34,923 nucleotides of DNA from a virus: the UHGV virus genome UHGV-0207028; one strand, written 5' to 3'. Position numbers and translations under genes: made by a program. Positions 7,786-16,399 of the stretch are shown here, one piece after another. Each line of letters opens with the position of its first letter. Within the stretch, counting starts at the first letter, position 1. The notes under the pieces are model-generated. The model saw nothing but the letters and a program-made list of their open reading frames with translations. It was not told the origin of the DNA and did no database searches.

Positions 7786-8484
7786 TCACAGAGCTTCGAT
7801 AAACCTCTTCACGCCCTGGTACACTTCCTTATACGGCAGCTCCTCCGCCATCAATGTGGCCAGATGCAGCTCCACCACCGTTTCCAGGGACTTTAGATGC
7901 ATAAGCGTCTTCTGGTCTGCCTTATCCCTTCCGCCGTTCTCTATACCTAGCCTGCGATTTATGAGGTTGGTCAGCAACACATAGTACCTGTCTGCGTGCT
8001 GGCTCCCCTGCGCCCTGGCGTACTCCACAAACAGCTTGATTTGGTCTGTTTCAGCCTTTCGCACTTCCTTCGTCTCCTGCCGGATGCACAGCCACTTCTC
8101 GTCTTTTTCGGATGCTATGTAATAGCCGTTCTCCTTGATGGAGAGAATAACATCGTACACCCAGTCGTTGAAATCATCGGCCACCTTCTGATTGGACCAA
8201 CGGCATACCTCATATATTCCGCGCTCTTTATACATCCAAACGGGGGCTGATTTGTCCTTGTTAAAATAAGGGGTATCAAACTGTGACCCCTTTACTTCGA
8301 TAGAAAATTTATCCAGTCTATCTTTATGTCTTTGATGTACCATCAAAATTGCATGCTGGGGCTGCCTATACTGTAAGGCATATCCCACCTGTGTTCTACT
8401 CATAAAAATGTTTCCGCTTTCATCTGTATAAAAATCACACTTCGTTCCCAAGAAATCTCCCTGTTTAACAAGTCTCAGTTTCAT
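7786..8484 (-). CDS. Phage antirepressor-like / regulatory protein (Bro-N or ORF6N-type N-domain with an ORF6C/KilA-C-like C-domain)
   Basis: 232 aa. It sits in the moron position between the lysis module and the att site. The C-terminal region (YARAQGSQHADRYYVLLTNLINRRLG...) resembles Rha/ORF6C regulatory domains. It is followed by the palindromes at 7695-7738. Confidence 0.5.
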   Translation of the reverse strand: MKLRLVKQGDFLGTKCDFYTDESGNIFMSRTQVGYALQYRQPQHAILMVHQRHKDRLDKFSIEVKGSQFDTPYFNKDKSAPVWMYKERGIYEVCRWSNQKVADDFNDWVYDVILSIKENGYYIASEKDEKWLCIRQETKEVRKAETDQIKLFVEYARAQGSQHADRYYVLLTNLINRRLGIENGGRDKADQKTLMHLKSLETVVELHLATLMAEELPYKEVYQGVKRFIEAL

Positions 8485-8560
8485 AAAAAATCATTCCTTT
8501 CCGCGCATTGTGCGCACAATAAAAGCCCTGGGAATCCCCAAGGCTTAATCCATCTACATG

Positions 8561-8818
8561 CTATTTCCTATCAAAAAATTCTTTAATTTTGTCTCCTGTA
8601 AGTTCTGTACACGTCCGCGTTAACTGCACCTGCTTATGCTTAGATTTTTCTGCTTGCCTCAATGCTTCCACAAATGCATGGGCAAGTTGCCTATCCTGTA
8701 TTTTGATATCTTTCAGGAAGCTCTTTGTTGCCACACATATCGCCCCCACTCTTTTTATTACTCTCCCAAGCCCAGGCCACCGCAGCGCCCCGTCCTTGTC
8801 CGGCGTCAGTGTCACCAC
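8561..8818 (-). CDS. Hypothetical protein (85 aa) downstream of the endolysin
   Basis: Its ATG overlaps the lysin stop. Function unknown. Weak support. Confidence 0.35.
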   Translation of the reverse strand: MVTLTPDKDGALRWPGLGRVIKRVGAICVATKSFLKDIKIQDRQLAHAFVEALRQAEKSKHKQVQLTRTCTELTGDKIKEFFDRK

Positions 8819-9585
8819 TCAAACACGTACCGTCGATTTACCATATCATACTCCTCCGCAATCCGCAGCGCGCCCCTGGCATCCGTAATCATGCACTTGC
8901 CCTCGTCGCTTCCTTTGACCGGGCAGAGTAAAAATGCCTCGCCGGCGGGGTCCACCTGGTAGCCGGTCAGCATGTAGCCCTCAGCATCAAACAGATACCA
9001 GCCACAGGTGCCGTCCGTGGCCTCCCGGAGCCAGTACCAGCCATTGGCCGCATAGCTGCCGTCTGCAAACTGATACCACCAGCGCTGCCCGTCTGCGGAC
9101 GGCTGGAAGCCCTGGGTGTATGTCACTGGAGCCGGCGCGTAATCGATGTCGCAGAGTTTGAGCGCCTTCTGCCAGGGTGTGACCGCCACTCTGGACTTGA
9201 TGGTCCCGTAGTTGATGCCCTTGGCCTCGATGCACCATCCATCCCCGATGTATACCCCGATGTGTCCCGGCTTCCAAAGCGCCCAACCGACCATGGACTC
9301 GTCCAGATGGTCAACGCCTATCCGCTCCACGGCTGTGTCCTGGTAGTTATAGCTGCCGCGGATACGGCCAGTGTACCAGCTGATAAGGCCAGAGCAGTCC
9401 GTGCAGTGCTGCCCGATGTATTTCGCCGCCTTGGCCTTGTAAGTGGATGTGTATGTACCTGGGTTCTCCCAGGCAAGCCTGTCCAGGATGGCCTGGGTAA
9501 GGACCTCGCCCTTGGCCCCGTAGACATAGGGCGTGCCCAGCTTGTCCTTGCAGTGCTGTATTAATCCTGATGCTGTCTTACTCAT
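8812..9585 (-). CDS. Endolysin: N-terminal NlpC/P60-family cysteine peptidase plus C-terminal cell-wall-binding (choline-binding-type YG) repeats
   Basis: Catalytic Cys context GQHCTDCSGLISW and His context HIGVYIGDGW. C-terminal repeats WYQFADGSYAANGWYW and GTCGWYLFDAEGYMLTG. RBS AGGAGG lies 9 nt upstream. Confidence 0.8.
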   Translation of the reverse strand: MSKTASGLIQHCKDKLGTPYVYGAKGEVLTQAILDRLAWENPGTYTSTYKAKAAKYIGQHCTDCSGLISWYTGRIRGSYNYQDTAVERIGVDHLDESMVGWALWKPGHIGVYIGDGWCIEAKGINYGTIKSRVAVTPWQKALKLCDIDYAPAPVTYTQGFQPSADGQRWWYQFADGSYAANGWYWLREATDGTCGWYLFDAEGYMLTGYQVDPAGEAFLLCPVKGSDEGKCMITDARGALRIAEEYDMVNRRYVFEW

Positions 9586-9663
9586 ATACTACCTCCTGTT
9601 AAAAAATAAGGCCCAGGCCATGAAAAGTTGTGACGTCACAAGTTACGTTATTGCAACTGCCGC

Positions 9664-9918
9664 TTAACCCTCTATCATCTGTTTAAACGCCTGATGCAGT
9701 CCTGTACTTGCAAGACCGCTAAAGGCTCCGGCCAGAATGATATCCGGGCTTACACTTCCCGCAATCCAGATGTTAAGTGCTGCTCCCAGGATGGCCACCA
9801 TGGTAGGGATGTATTTGTTGTCCAGGTCTTTCACCCACTTTTTTGCTATGTAACCTATAATCAAGCAAATGCCTACAATGACCGCCACCGCATAATTGCT
9901 AAAAAGTGATAAATCCAT
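9664..9918 (-). CDS. Holin
   Basis: 84 aa, with two or three hydrophobic TM segments and a charged C-terminus. It lies directly upstream of the endolysin in a PBSX-like lysis cassette. Confidence 0.7.
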   Translation of the reverse strand: MDLSLFSNYAVAVIVGICLIIGYIAKKWVKDLDNKYIPTMVAILGAALNIWIAGSVSPDIILAGAFSGLASTGLHQAFKQMIEG

Positions 9919-9921
9919 ATT

Positions 9922-10173
9922 CTATTCCTCTCTTTCTTTTTCCAGGTCACCAATCCTATGGTTGGCAACCTTAATCTGTTCCTGTATGACCGCCTGAGTC
10001 TCCTCCAGCTTGTATGTGCGTTCAATCACAGTGTTGTGCTTATCCACCTTCTTTTCCAGCTGCTCAATCCGGTAATTGGTCAGCTTGGCGGAGGTTACCA
10101 CACCTACGAAAGCTCCCGCAGCGCTCCCAAGCAGGCCGATGAGCGCCACCATGATGTCCGTGGGTATCTGCAT
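9922..10173 (-). CDS. Holin-associated membrane/coiled-coil protein (XhlA-like position)
   Basis: 83 aa. N-terminal TM (MVALIGLLGSAAGAFVGVVTS) followed by a coiled coil. It occupies the XhlA slot of the PBSX-type order XkdW-XkdX-XhlA-holin-lysin. Confidence 0.45.
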   Translation of the reverse strand: MQIPTDIMVALIGLLGSAAGAFVGVVTSAKLTNYRIEQLEKKVDKHNTVIERTYKLEETQAVIQEQIKVANHRIGDLEKEREE

Positions 10174-10193
10174 GTCTTTTACCTCACCATTCG

Positions 10194-10331
10194 TTATTTC
10201 CCAGTATAATCCTCGCCGGTAATCTCCTTGTAATCTGCCTCAGACAATTTGCCGGCCGCCACCAGGGCCTTAAGCCGGTCAATGTCCCATAATCTTGGGT
10301 AATACTTCTGCGCCAGTCCTTTTACATCCAT
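10194..10331 (-). CDS. XkdX-family small phage protein (45 aa)
   Basis: Not in the ORF track because it is under 60 aa. MDVKGLAQKYYPRLWDIDRLKALVAAGKLSEADYKEITGEDYTGK. The RBS TAGGAGG lies 8 nt upstream. The motif (W...L...GKI/LT..EY.EITGE) fits the XkdX family. Confidence 0.55.
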   Translation of the reverse strand: MDVKGLAQKYYPRLWDIDRLKALVAAGKLSEADYKEITGEDYTGK

Positions 10332-10342
10332 AGTCACACCTC

Positions 10343-10753
10343 CTATAAATCAATACCGGCCATTATAGCCACGTAATCAATGTCAGCCGTATTCTTTTCC
10401 ACCGCAGCCTTTACACCCGGCTGTGAAAGCGTCAGGATTGCCACACGGCCATATACAGCCTCCGCGGTGACCGCACCGTCATCCCCGTACTGCTCCGGGG
10501 TAATAAGATAGTTGTCATCAATACTCTTTGGGTCATTCAACACCATATAGCCATCATACACGGCCAGGGCGCTGCCATCCTCGTTGACAGTCTTAATCTG
10601 CTCTGTGGCAGCGGTGTCCTCAAACACGGCCACGATATCCTCCAATGGTTCGGTGGTCTGGAAGATAAGCTGCAGGGTACTGGGTGTGGAGGATGTGCCG
10701 CCGATGACCAGAGGATACTCCTTACCATTTTTTAATCTGATTTTTTCATTCAT
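10343..10753 (-). CDS. Hypothetical phage protein (XkdW-like position)
   Basis: 136 aa. RBS GAGGAAAGGA. It lies between the tail fibre region and the XkdX-like gene. Confidence 0.5.
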   Translation of the reverse strand: MNEKIRLKNGKEYPLVIGGTSSTPSTLQLIFQTTEPLEDIVAVFEDTAATEQIKTVNEDGSALAVYDGYMVLNDPKSIDDNYLITPEQYGDDGAVTAEAVYGRVAILTLSQPGVKAAVEKNTADIDYVAIMAGIDL

Positions 10754-10818
10754 AGATTTTTCCTTTCCTCCCGGCAGGTGCCGGGCAATAAAATAAGCCC
10801 CATTTAGGGACCTGGTTT

Positions 10819-11367
10819 ATGGGTTTCATTCATATCCAAAATAGCAATTTTGGAGCAAACAGATATACAGATAATATAGATAATCTGTTTAAAAATTGTA
10901 TAGTTCAATTGTTTCCTTCGCTTGGCACTACTGGTACCTTTCCAGTATCAGACATTAATGGGTCATTTTTGCGCGTTGTTAATAATGGTAGTGACTTCTG
11001 CTTTCAGCAACTTGACATCATAACCAACAAACACACAACATCATATATCCGTAGTTGGTATTATGGCAATGATACAGTATACCCTGGATGGTCTGATTGG
11101 CGAAGGGTTATCACAAACGCGGATTTAGCCTCTGGTGCCGTGTCATATACAGGGCTAACGGCTGGAGGTGTGACCCAGAAAACTATAACTTTTGGAAAAT
11201 CTTTTTCGAAGGCTCCCATTGTTTTAGTACAACCTGTGACAAGTAACACAGCCGCACAAGTCAGGGTACGATCAATAGCAGCAACATCGTTTATAATTGA
11301 TATAACACTACCTTCAAGCATGACAGCGTTAACTGTATATTGGTGTGCCATTATTAGTAACACGTAA
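10819..11367 (+). CDS. Opposite-strand ORF encoding a tail-fibre-tip-like protein. It shares a domain with the C-terminus of the 11373-11972 tail fibre, followed by an H-type-lectin-like C-terminal region.
   Basis: 182 aa. The motif NNGSDFCFQQLD...SYIRSWYYGNDTVYPGWSDW parallels GNGFCLTYSLGD...YTRYRREGVWSGW in the convergent minus-strand gene. The RBS is weak. Confidence 0.45.
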   Translation: MGFIHIQNSNFGANRYTDNIDNLFKNCIVQLFPSLGTTGTFPVSDINGSFLRVVNNGSDFCFQQLDIITNKHTTSYIRSWYYGNDTVYPGWSDWRRVITNADLASGAVSYTGLTAGGVTQKTITFGKSFSKAPIVLVQPVTSNTAAQVRVRSIAATSFIIDITLPSSMTALTVYWCAIISNT

Positions 11368-11372
11368 AATAA

Positions 11373-11972
11373 TCATTTCGTTGTCCAGCCACTCCAAACG
11401 CCCTCACGCCTATATCTGGTATATAGGTTAGGGTCGCCAACCGCCATTGCCAATTGGCATAGCCACTGATCACCAAGGCTGTACGTAAGGCAGAATCCAT
11501 TGCCGTACGCAGTGTTTCCTGTGGACTTGGGGGTGCTGGCCGTATTGGAATCCCACGCAACTATGTTGACAACTCCCGCGGTATTATTGTTAATGTCTCC
11601 CACAAGGCTTGTTTTGAGTGGATTCAGGGATTCCTTTACATTGTTCAGGTCTGCGGATAATCCAGACACTGTATCAGCATTGGCCTTGGACTCTAAATTG
11701 CTATTTATGGTACCAAGCGCCTGCTTAAGATATGCACTGGACGGTACCTTATCCGTGGCCGTGGACTCCGTCTGCACGATGGCATTTAAGGATAACTTTT
11801 GCTCCTCCAGTTCTTTCAGTGCGTTTATCGCATCATTTGCCGCATCCGTCACCCGCTTTAAAGCCTGTTCTGTTTTGTTTAGGTGTTCCGCATCTAAATC
11901 CGGTTCCGAATTATTCACATAGGCTGTAGGATTATAATCTGCTATGGTCTTTAATTCACTTACTAATGACAT
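11373..11972 (-). CDS. Tail fibre protein (coiled-coil shaft plus C-terminal tip domain)
   Basis: Start chosen at ATG 11972 (MSLVSELK), with RBS AAGGAGG 5 nt upstream. The longer ORF to 12056 overlaps the upstream gene. The Ala/Leu-rich heptad region and Ser/Thr/Asn-rich stretch are typical of fibres. Confidence 0.6.
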   Translation of the reverse strand: MSLVSELKTIADYNPTAYVNNSEPDLDAEHLNKTEQALKRVTDAANDAINALKELEEQKLSLNAIVQTESTATDKVPSSAYLKQALGTINSNLESKANADTVSGLSADLNNVKESLNPLKTSLVGDINNNTAGVVNIVAWDSNTASTPKSTGNTAYGNGFCLTYSLGDQWLCQLAMAVGDPNLYTRYRREGVWSGWTTK

Positions 11973-11982
11973 GTCTTCCTCC

Positions 11983-12885
11983 TTATGTGTTGAATTTTGC
12001 AAAGTATAGATTGAAATCAAATACAGCTGATGAGGAACCGATGTATAAATAAGCATTCCCGGTCAATCCGCTGAGTCCGAACGTTTTCTGCTGCTGCCAC
12101 TCATTCCCTTCAGCGCTGCTCCTTCCGATGGAGCCATCAAGGAGGACATCTCCCAGCGCCTTATTATAACTGTACTTTATTGTGGATCCTGACACGGTTG
12201 CCTCTTCTATGTAGTTCTCCACCCGGTTGCGGCACACCATGACCTTTGCCGTCTTCCCTGTACCTGACATCTCAACCGAAAGCGATTCCACACCGTCCAA
12301 CCGTATGGGAAGGTCAAAGACGAACGCCACTGTCTGTCCGCTCCCTGCACTGGCCGCTATATGGTCACGTGCAAGGGATACCTTTCCGGTCCCCTGCCGG
12401 TATGTCGTATACCGCATGTATGTGATGCCCTGTGAACCATAAAATGTACCATATAGGTATGGGGTTAGTGGGTCATCATTAACATACCCTTCCCATATCC
12501 CAGGCCCTACACCACCGACATAAGCATTTTTCTTTATGTTCGATATGGTAAGGTTCCTGACTGGCCTTACGGTTATGTTCCCTGTCATATATTTCCCAGC
12601 AGTATGTATCACAATCTGTTTCGCACCAGGCCCTACGCTTTGTGCATCCATCATTTCTATGGCCTGGGTAACCTGGCCCCCACTGTATTTCCCGGCTGGA
12701 AGTTCCAGTTTCCCATTCACAGGCAATGTCAGTTTGGGACTTCCATGGTCCGGCATGGTACCTACCTGCCGGCCATCACTTCCGGCCCCAAGAAATATCT
12801 TACCTTCCGTGACATCCTCAGGTAATGCTGTAAGCCGGTCCGTATCTACACCACCACCATTTTTCCTTAACGATAAGATTGACAT
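11983..12885 (-). CDS. Tail protein (putative receptor-binding / baseplate protein), paralog A
   Basis: Start at ATG 12885 (MSILSLRKNGG), with RBS AGGAGG 6 nt upstream. Its N-terminal roughly 120 aa are homologous to the adjacent 12900-13319 product, sharing the AGKYMTG motif. Confidence 0.6.
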   Translation of the reverse strand: MSILSLRKNGGGVDTDRLTALPEDVTEGKIFLGAGSDGRQVGTMPDHGSPKLTLPVNGKLELPAGKYSGGQVTQAIEMMDAQSVGPGAKQIVIHTAGKYMTGNITVRPVRNLTISNIKKNAYVGGVGPGIWEGYVNDDPLTPYLYGTFYGSQGITYMRYTTYRQGTGKVSLARDHIAASAGSGQTVAFVFDLPIRLDGVESLSVEMSGTGKTAKVMVCRNRVENYIEEATVSGSTIKYSYNKALGDVLLDGSIGRSSAEGNEWQQQKTFGLSGLTGNAYLYIGSSSAVFDFNLYFAKFNT

Positions 12886-12899
12886 TATGATCCTCCTGA

Positions 12900-13319
12900 T
12901 TAATCGAAAAATCCCTGGCATGTCCCAGTGACAGCTCCTTCCCCTTCGCCCACCACAACCCCATATTTTATGTTGTCACTGGTAAGGTTTTCTACCGCCA
13001 GGATGATGATGTCACCCGTCATATATTTCCCAGCGCATTCAACAACAATCTGACCAGATCCCGGGGTGACATACTCACCAGGCCTGGAAGCAATGCCCTG
13101 CCGTACCACATCACCTCCCATATGTTCCCCTGGAGGTATGTCATATGTCCCGTTAAGCGGGAGGTCATATTCAACAGGCGCGATTGGTTCCATCGCGCCA
13201 AGCTTCTCATCATCGCTGCCGTTACCGATATAACGCTTGTTCTTACGCACATCTGATGGTACCGCAGTCAGCCCATTTATATCCACTGACTGCCCCCGGA
13301 AAGGTAATGATAGGTTCAT
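12900..13319 (-). CDS. Tail protein, paralog B (shorter paralog of 11983-12885)
   Basis: 139 aa. Shares LSLP...VD..GLTA.P.DV......G.GSD and the AGKYMTGDI block with its neighbour. Confidence 0.55.
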   Translation of the reverse strand: MNLSLPFRGQSVDINGLTAVPSDVRKNKRYIGNGSDDEKLGAMEPIAPVEYDLPLNGTYDIPPGEHMGGDVVRQGIASRPGEYVTPGSGQIVVECAGKYMTGDIIILAVENLTSDNIKYGVVVGEGEGAVTGTCQGFFD

Positions 13320-13786
13320 GACTTTGCTCCTTTCAGTGATATTATCATGTCTGCAGTAGGTTTCCTGAATTTACAGGTCACCCTGATTCCTCCATCAATG
13401 GTCTCCAGCTTGGTTATCATGTTCGAACTCTTATCTATCTGTGTCTTCTGTTCCTCTGTCATGGCATCCGGATACAGCATCCCCGGTGTGGGGGAATATG
13501 TCCCCCTCATCCCAGGGATGGATATTGTCTGTACATAAGGTGCACTGGCATTCCACCCTGAGACAGGGATGTTGACCTTAACTTCCCCTTTTAAGATCCC
13601 TACATCCTCGTCAATCCGGTTGACAGCCTCATTAGTATCGTTCATGTCCTGGGCGGAGAATATATCCCCCGTTTCCGCATACTGCGTCACATCGTCCAGG
13701 GTGACAATCCCATCATCCTGGGAAGTAATCTTATACAGACGCTTGCCTGCAAACTTATCATCCTTATAATTCGTTTTTAAACTCAT
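13316..13786 (-). CDS. Hypothetical tail/baseplate protein
   Basis: 156 aa. Translationally coupled to its neighbours (ATGA overlaps). Confidence 0.5.
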   Translation of the reverse strand: MSLKTNYKDDKFAGKRLYKITSQDDGIVTLDDVTQYAETGDIFSAQDMNDTNEAVNRIDEDVGILKGEVKVNIPVSGWNASAPYVQTISIPGMRGTYSPTPGMLYPDAMTEEQKTQIDKSSNMITKLETIDGGIRVTCKFRKPTADMIISLKGAKS

Positions 13787-14223
13787 ATCCCTATACTCCT
13801 GTTTCCCAATGTCCTCCTTCCCAGATGGAAGCCGAACCGGCGCGGTCCTGGAAAGGATGACTCAATCAATGTTCCCAAGTCATATATGATTTTTTCAATG
13901 AAATTGGCCTGGTAGATGGACGTGTATGTGATTTTCTCCGGAGTCTGCGGGGTACTGGGCGGCGTGTAGTAGGCTGCCCGGATGGCAGACAGGTTATTCC
14001 TCAACCGTCCCATCTCGGTTTCCGTACGCTGGTCCTCCGGCCTCCAATCCAGTTTGTTTTCTGTCTTATTAGGATACCCATATCGGTTCAGGACATATGA
14101 TACCCATTTGATTGCGGACTCTATCCGGTTCAGGTCCCGGTAATCTATATATGCCTTGTCCGTCATCTGCTGCACATCAGCCGCCACACGGTCAAATATC
14201 AATGCATCCAGGTATTTACTCAT
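13783..14223 (-). CDS. Hypothetical tail/baseplate protein
   Basis: 146 aa. Coupled to both flanking genes. Confidence 0.5.
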   Translation of the reverse strand: MSKYLDALIFDRVAADVQQMTDKAYIDYRDLNRIESAIKWVSYVLNRYGYPNKTENKLDWRPEDQRTETEMGRLRNNLSAIRAAYYTPPSTPQTPEKITYTSIYQANFIEKIIYDLGTLIESSFPGPRRFGFHLGRRTLGNRSIGI

Positions 14224-16009
14224 GTATCGTTACCTCCGCTCTTATCTCGCGCAGGCCGAACTGATAGTTTATGCTTTCCAATGTCCCATTCCGCCTTCCG
14301 TCATATCCAGTATCAACCGCCACCATCTGTCCAAGGACCTTATCCGCCAGCAGCACATCACCAGCCACATTTTCAGCGCGCTGGTAGTATCCGTATACCC
14401 GGTCAAGTACTTCGGCAGCATTCCCTGGATGTACAAGTGTGGCCTCTGATACTTCCCTGACATTTTTATTGAACACGATGGCAGGATTCTCCTTCAGGAG
14501 GGAAGTTGTCAGATGTGTGTACTTTTTACCTGTCATCACTACCGTACCCCCAGTCCCATTGATCACCGCATGATTGTCCCCGCTCCGCATGATTGTCCCC
14601 CCTGTGATTGCCAGGCCATGATGTGGTTCAGGGAATATCACCTCGACAGTACCGGAAAGCGTATCATTATATAGTTCCTCTGCCTCTTCTGACTGCTGGT
14701 ATGTATGCACGGCCAGCCGGATTCCTGTTACCACGTCATTGTGTTCCAGTGTCACGCCATCAAATGTATCGGATGGCATGAATTCACCAGTCACCTCTGT
14801 CTGTTGTGGATAAATCAATACCCCATCGTAATTACTTGTGTCAACCACGGCTCCTATGGCAAACGCAATCTGCACAAGTGCATTACGTTTCGTTGTATAA
14901 GGTATGTATCCAGTCAACTGGATATCTGAAAGGGATTCATCCAACAGGTAATTGAAATCCTCCCCTTCGAAAATTGCATCAACCACATCACCGGCCCGCT
15001 GTCCCGTATACACTCCCCCGGCAAACTCATTCCCATCCAGTATCCCAACTGCATCGTGGCTGTCCATATGGTAATCCGTCCGGTTCTTTCTTGCCCCATT
15101 CTTTAAATAAAAGTTCCCAATACGCTTCCCATTGAAATACAGTGCCAGCTTCTGCTTCTTCTGGAAATCAAATGGGATGTCCGTTTCAGTACGGACAGTA
15201 AAATCCAGCGTGTTGATGCTGATGTTCTCACTGATTGCATTGACCTCCTGCAGGCAGGAAGACTCCAGGATCTCGTCCGCGAAAAAATCCCTGTAAATCC
15301 CATAATCAATCCGGGTGATGAATACCGGCCTCCATGGCCGTGATGTCTCATAAAACGTTATCGCTATCTTATCATACAGGCGCACATAGTTATTACAGAA
15401 ATAGCGCACGGAATCAGGATGGAATTCCATATCGGATAACAATTCCCCATCTGAATACCACCTGATCCTTAAACGCGTGGGATAATCCCCGGACATCATG
15501 TTGAACGTCAACAGCAAGCCTACACTTGTGAATTTCTGGCTGAACAGGATGGTAAGTTCCGGACTGCTTACTGTCTCATCCACACTGGGCTGCGGGAATA
15601 GGAACATACTGGGATGCATGCCAACGTGAGGCCGGAGTCCCGTGGTGTGGACCGACCTTGCAAGCTGGCAGTCTTCCCCTGATATCCCATCCGATATGTA
15701 GCCGTAGTCCGCTGCATCATCCGGAAAGTTGATGTATTTTCCATCCAGCAATGCAAACCTTGGAAGGCACAGTGCGTACCCCGGATATTTCAGGTCATCC
15801 CGCTTCAGGTCTGGGAACTCCTGTCTTATCCTGGTCCTTCCCGGGTACAGCCCTTCCCTTGGGTATAGTCCTTTATGGGGCCGTAGCCCTGGGGCAATCA
15901 CCTGGACGCTGCTATGCTCCTTTGCATATGGCGCCACGTCATCATATACGATTTTCAGTCCCTCCATGTTCTGCGGAGCATCTGATAGGATTGTCTGTTT
16001 CAGGAACAT
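14216..16009 (-). CDS. Tail tip / tail-associated (endopeptidase-type) protein, Tal-like
   Basis: Start at ATG 16009 (MFLKQTIL), with RBS GAGGAGG 7 nt upstream. About 597 aa. Its size and its position after the TMP and Dit-like gene fit Prophage_tail-type proteins. Confidence 0.65.
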   Translation of the reverse strand: MFLKQTILSDAPQNMEGLKIVYDDVAPYAKEHSSVQVIAPGLRPHKGLYPREGLYPGRTRIRQEFPDLKRDDLKYPGYALCLPRFALLDGKYINFPDDAADYGYISDGISGEDCQLARSVHTTGLRPHVGMHPSMFLFPQPSVDETVSSPELTILFSQKFTSVGLLLTFNMMSGDYPTRLRIRWYSDGELLSDMEFHPDSVRYFCNNYVRLYDKIAITFYETSRPWRPVFITRIDYGIYRDFFADEILESSCLQEVNAISENISINTLDFTVRTETDIPFDFQKKQKLALYFNGKRIGNFYLKNGARKNRTDYHMDSHDAVGILDGNEFAGGVYTGQRAGDVVDAIFEGEDFNYLLDESLSDIQLTGYIPYTTKRNALVQIAFAIGAVVDTSNYDGVLIYPQQTEVTGEFMPSDTFDGVTLEHNDVVTGIRLAVHTYQQSEEAEELYNDTLSGTVEVIFPEPHHGLAITGGTIMRSGDNHAVINGTGGTVVMTGKKYTHLTTSLLKENPAIVFNKNVREVSEATLVHPGNAAEVLDRVYGYYQRAENVAGDVLLADKVLGQMVAVDTGYDGRRNGTLESINYQFGLREIRAEVTIHE

Positions 16010-16010
16010 T

Positions 16011-16397
16011 CTATGGCCTCCTCTGTGGTTTCTTCGCAACGAAATACACCGACAGCCCTGCCCACAGGTTTCTCCCATTACTTCGTTTCATCGTGTCCTT
16101 ACCTTGTGTAACATAGGCTTCAAATTCCAACGTCTGTTGCGCGTAAGGAAATACCATACTGTGGAACGGCACTGGGGCTGAAATGATGTCGTAAAAGGTA
16201 TCATAATCCTCCCTGTATTCAGGATATGGTTCGATTTCAAGCGTATAGTTGTAGAATGTACCGGCTATTTCCCGATGCATGTCAAAGTCCTGCAGCCGTC
16301 CAGAATTTTTTGTGTCCGTCACAGAAAACCCTCTTTCCAGTTTCATGACATTCACCCGCAGCTCCACGCCATCAATTGAGAATATGCTCCCTTTCAT
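16011..16397 (-). CDS. Distal tail protein-like (phage tail family protein)
   Basis: 128 aa, immediately downstream of the tape measure gene. Confidence 0.5.
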   Translation of the reverse strand: MKGSIFSIDGVELRVNVMKLERGFSVTDTKNSGRLQDFDMHREIAGTFYNYTLEIEPYPEYREDYDTFYDIISAPVPFHSMVFPYAQQTLEFEAYVTQGKDTMKRSNGRNLWAGLSVYFVAKKPQRRP

Positions 16398-16399
16398 CC

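Noticed and set aside
7616-8250. Plus-strand ORFs of 122 and 84 aa
   Set aside because: Antisense to the antirepressor-like gene. Cys/Ser/Leu-rich nonsense translations.
8589-9564. Plus-strand ORFs of 99, 108, 68, 75 and 100 aa opposite the endolysin
   Set aside because: Antisense shadow ORFs in a GC-rich coding region, Pro/Arg/Ser-rich.
10760-13320. Diversity-generating retroelement acting on the tail fibre
   Set aside because: There is no reverse transcriptase gene and no obvious template/variable repeat pair in the window.
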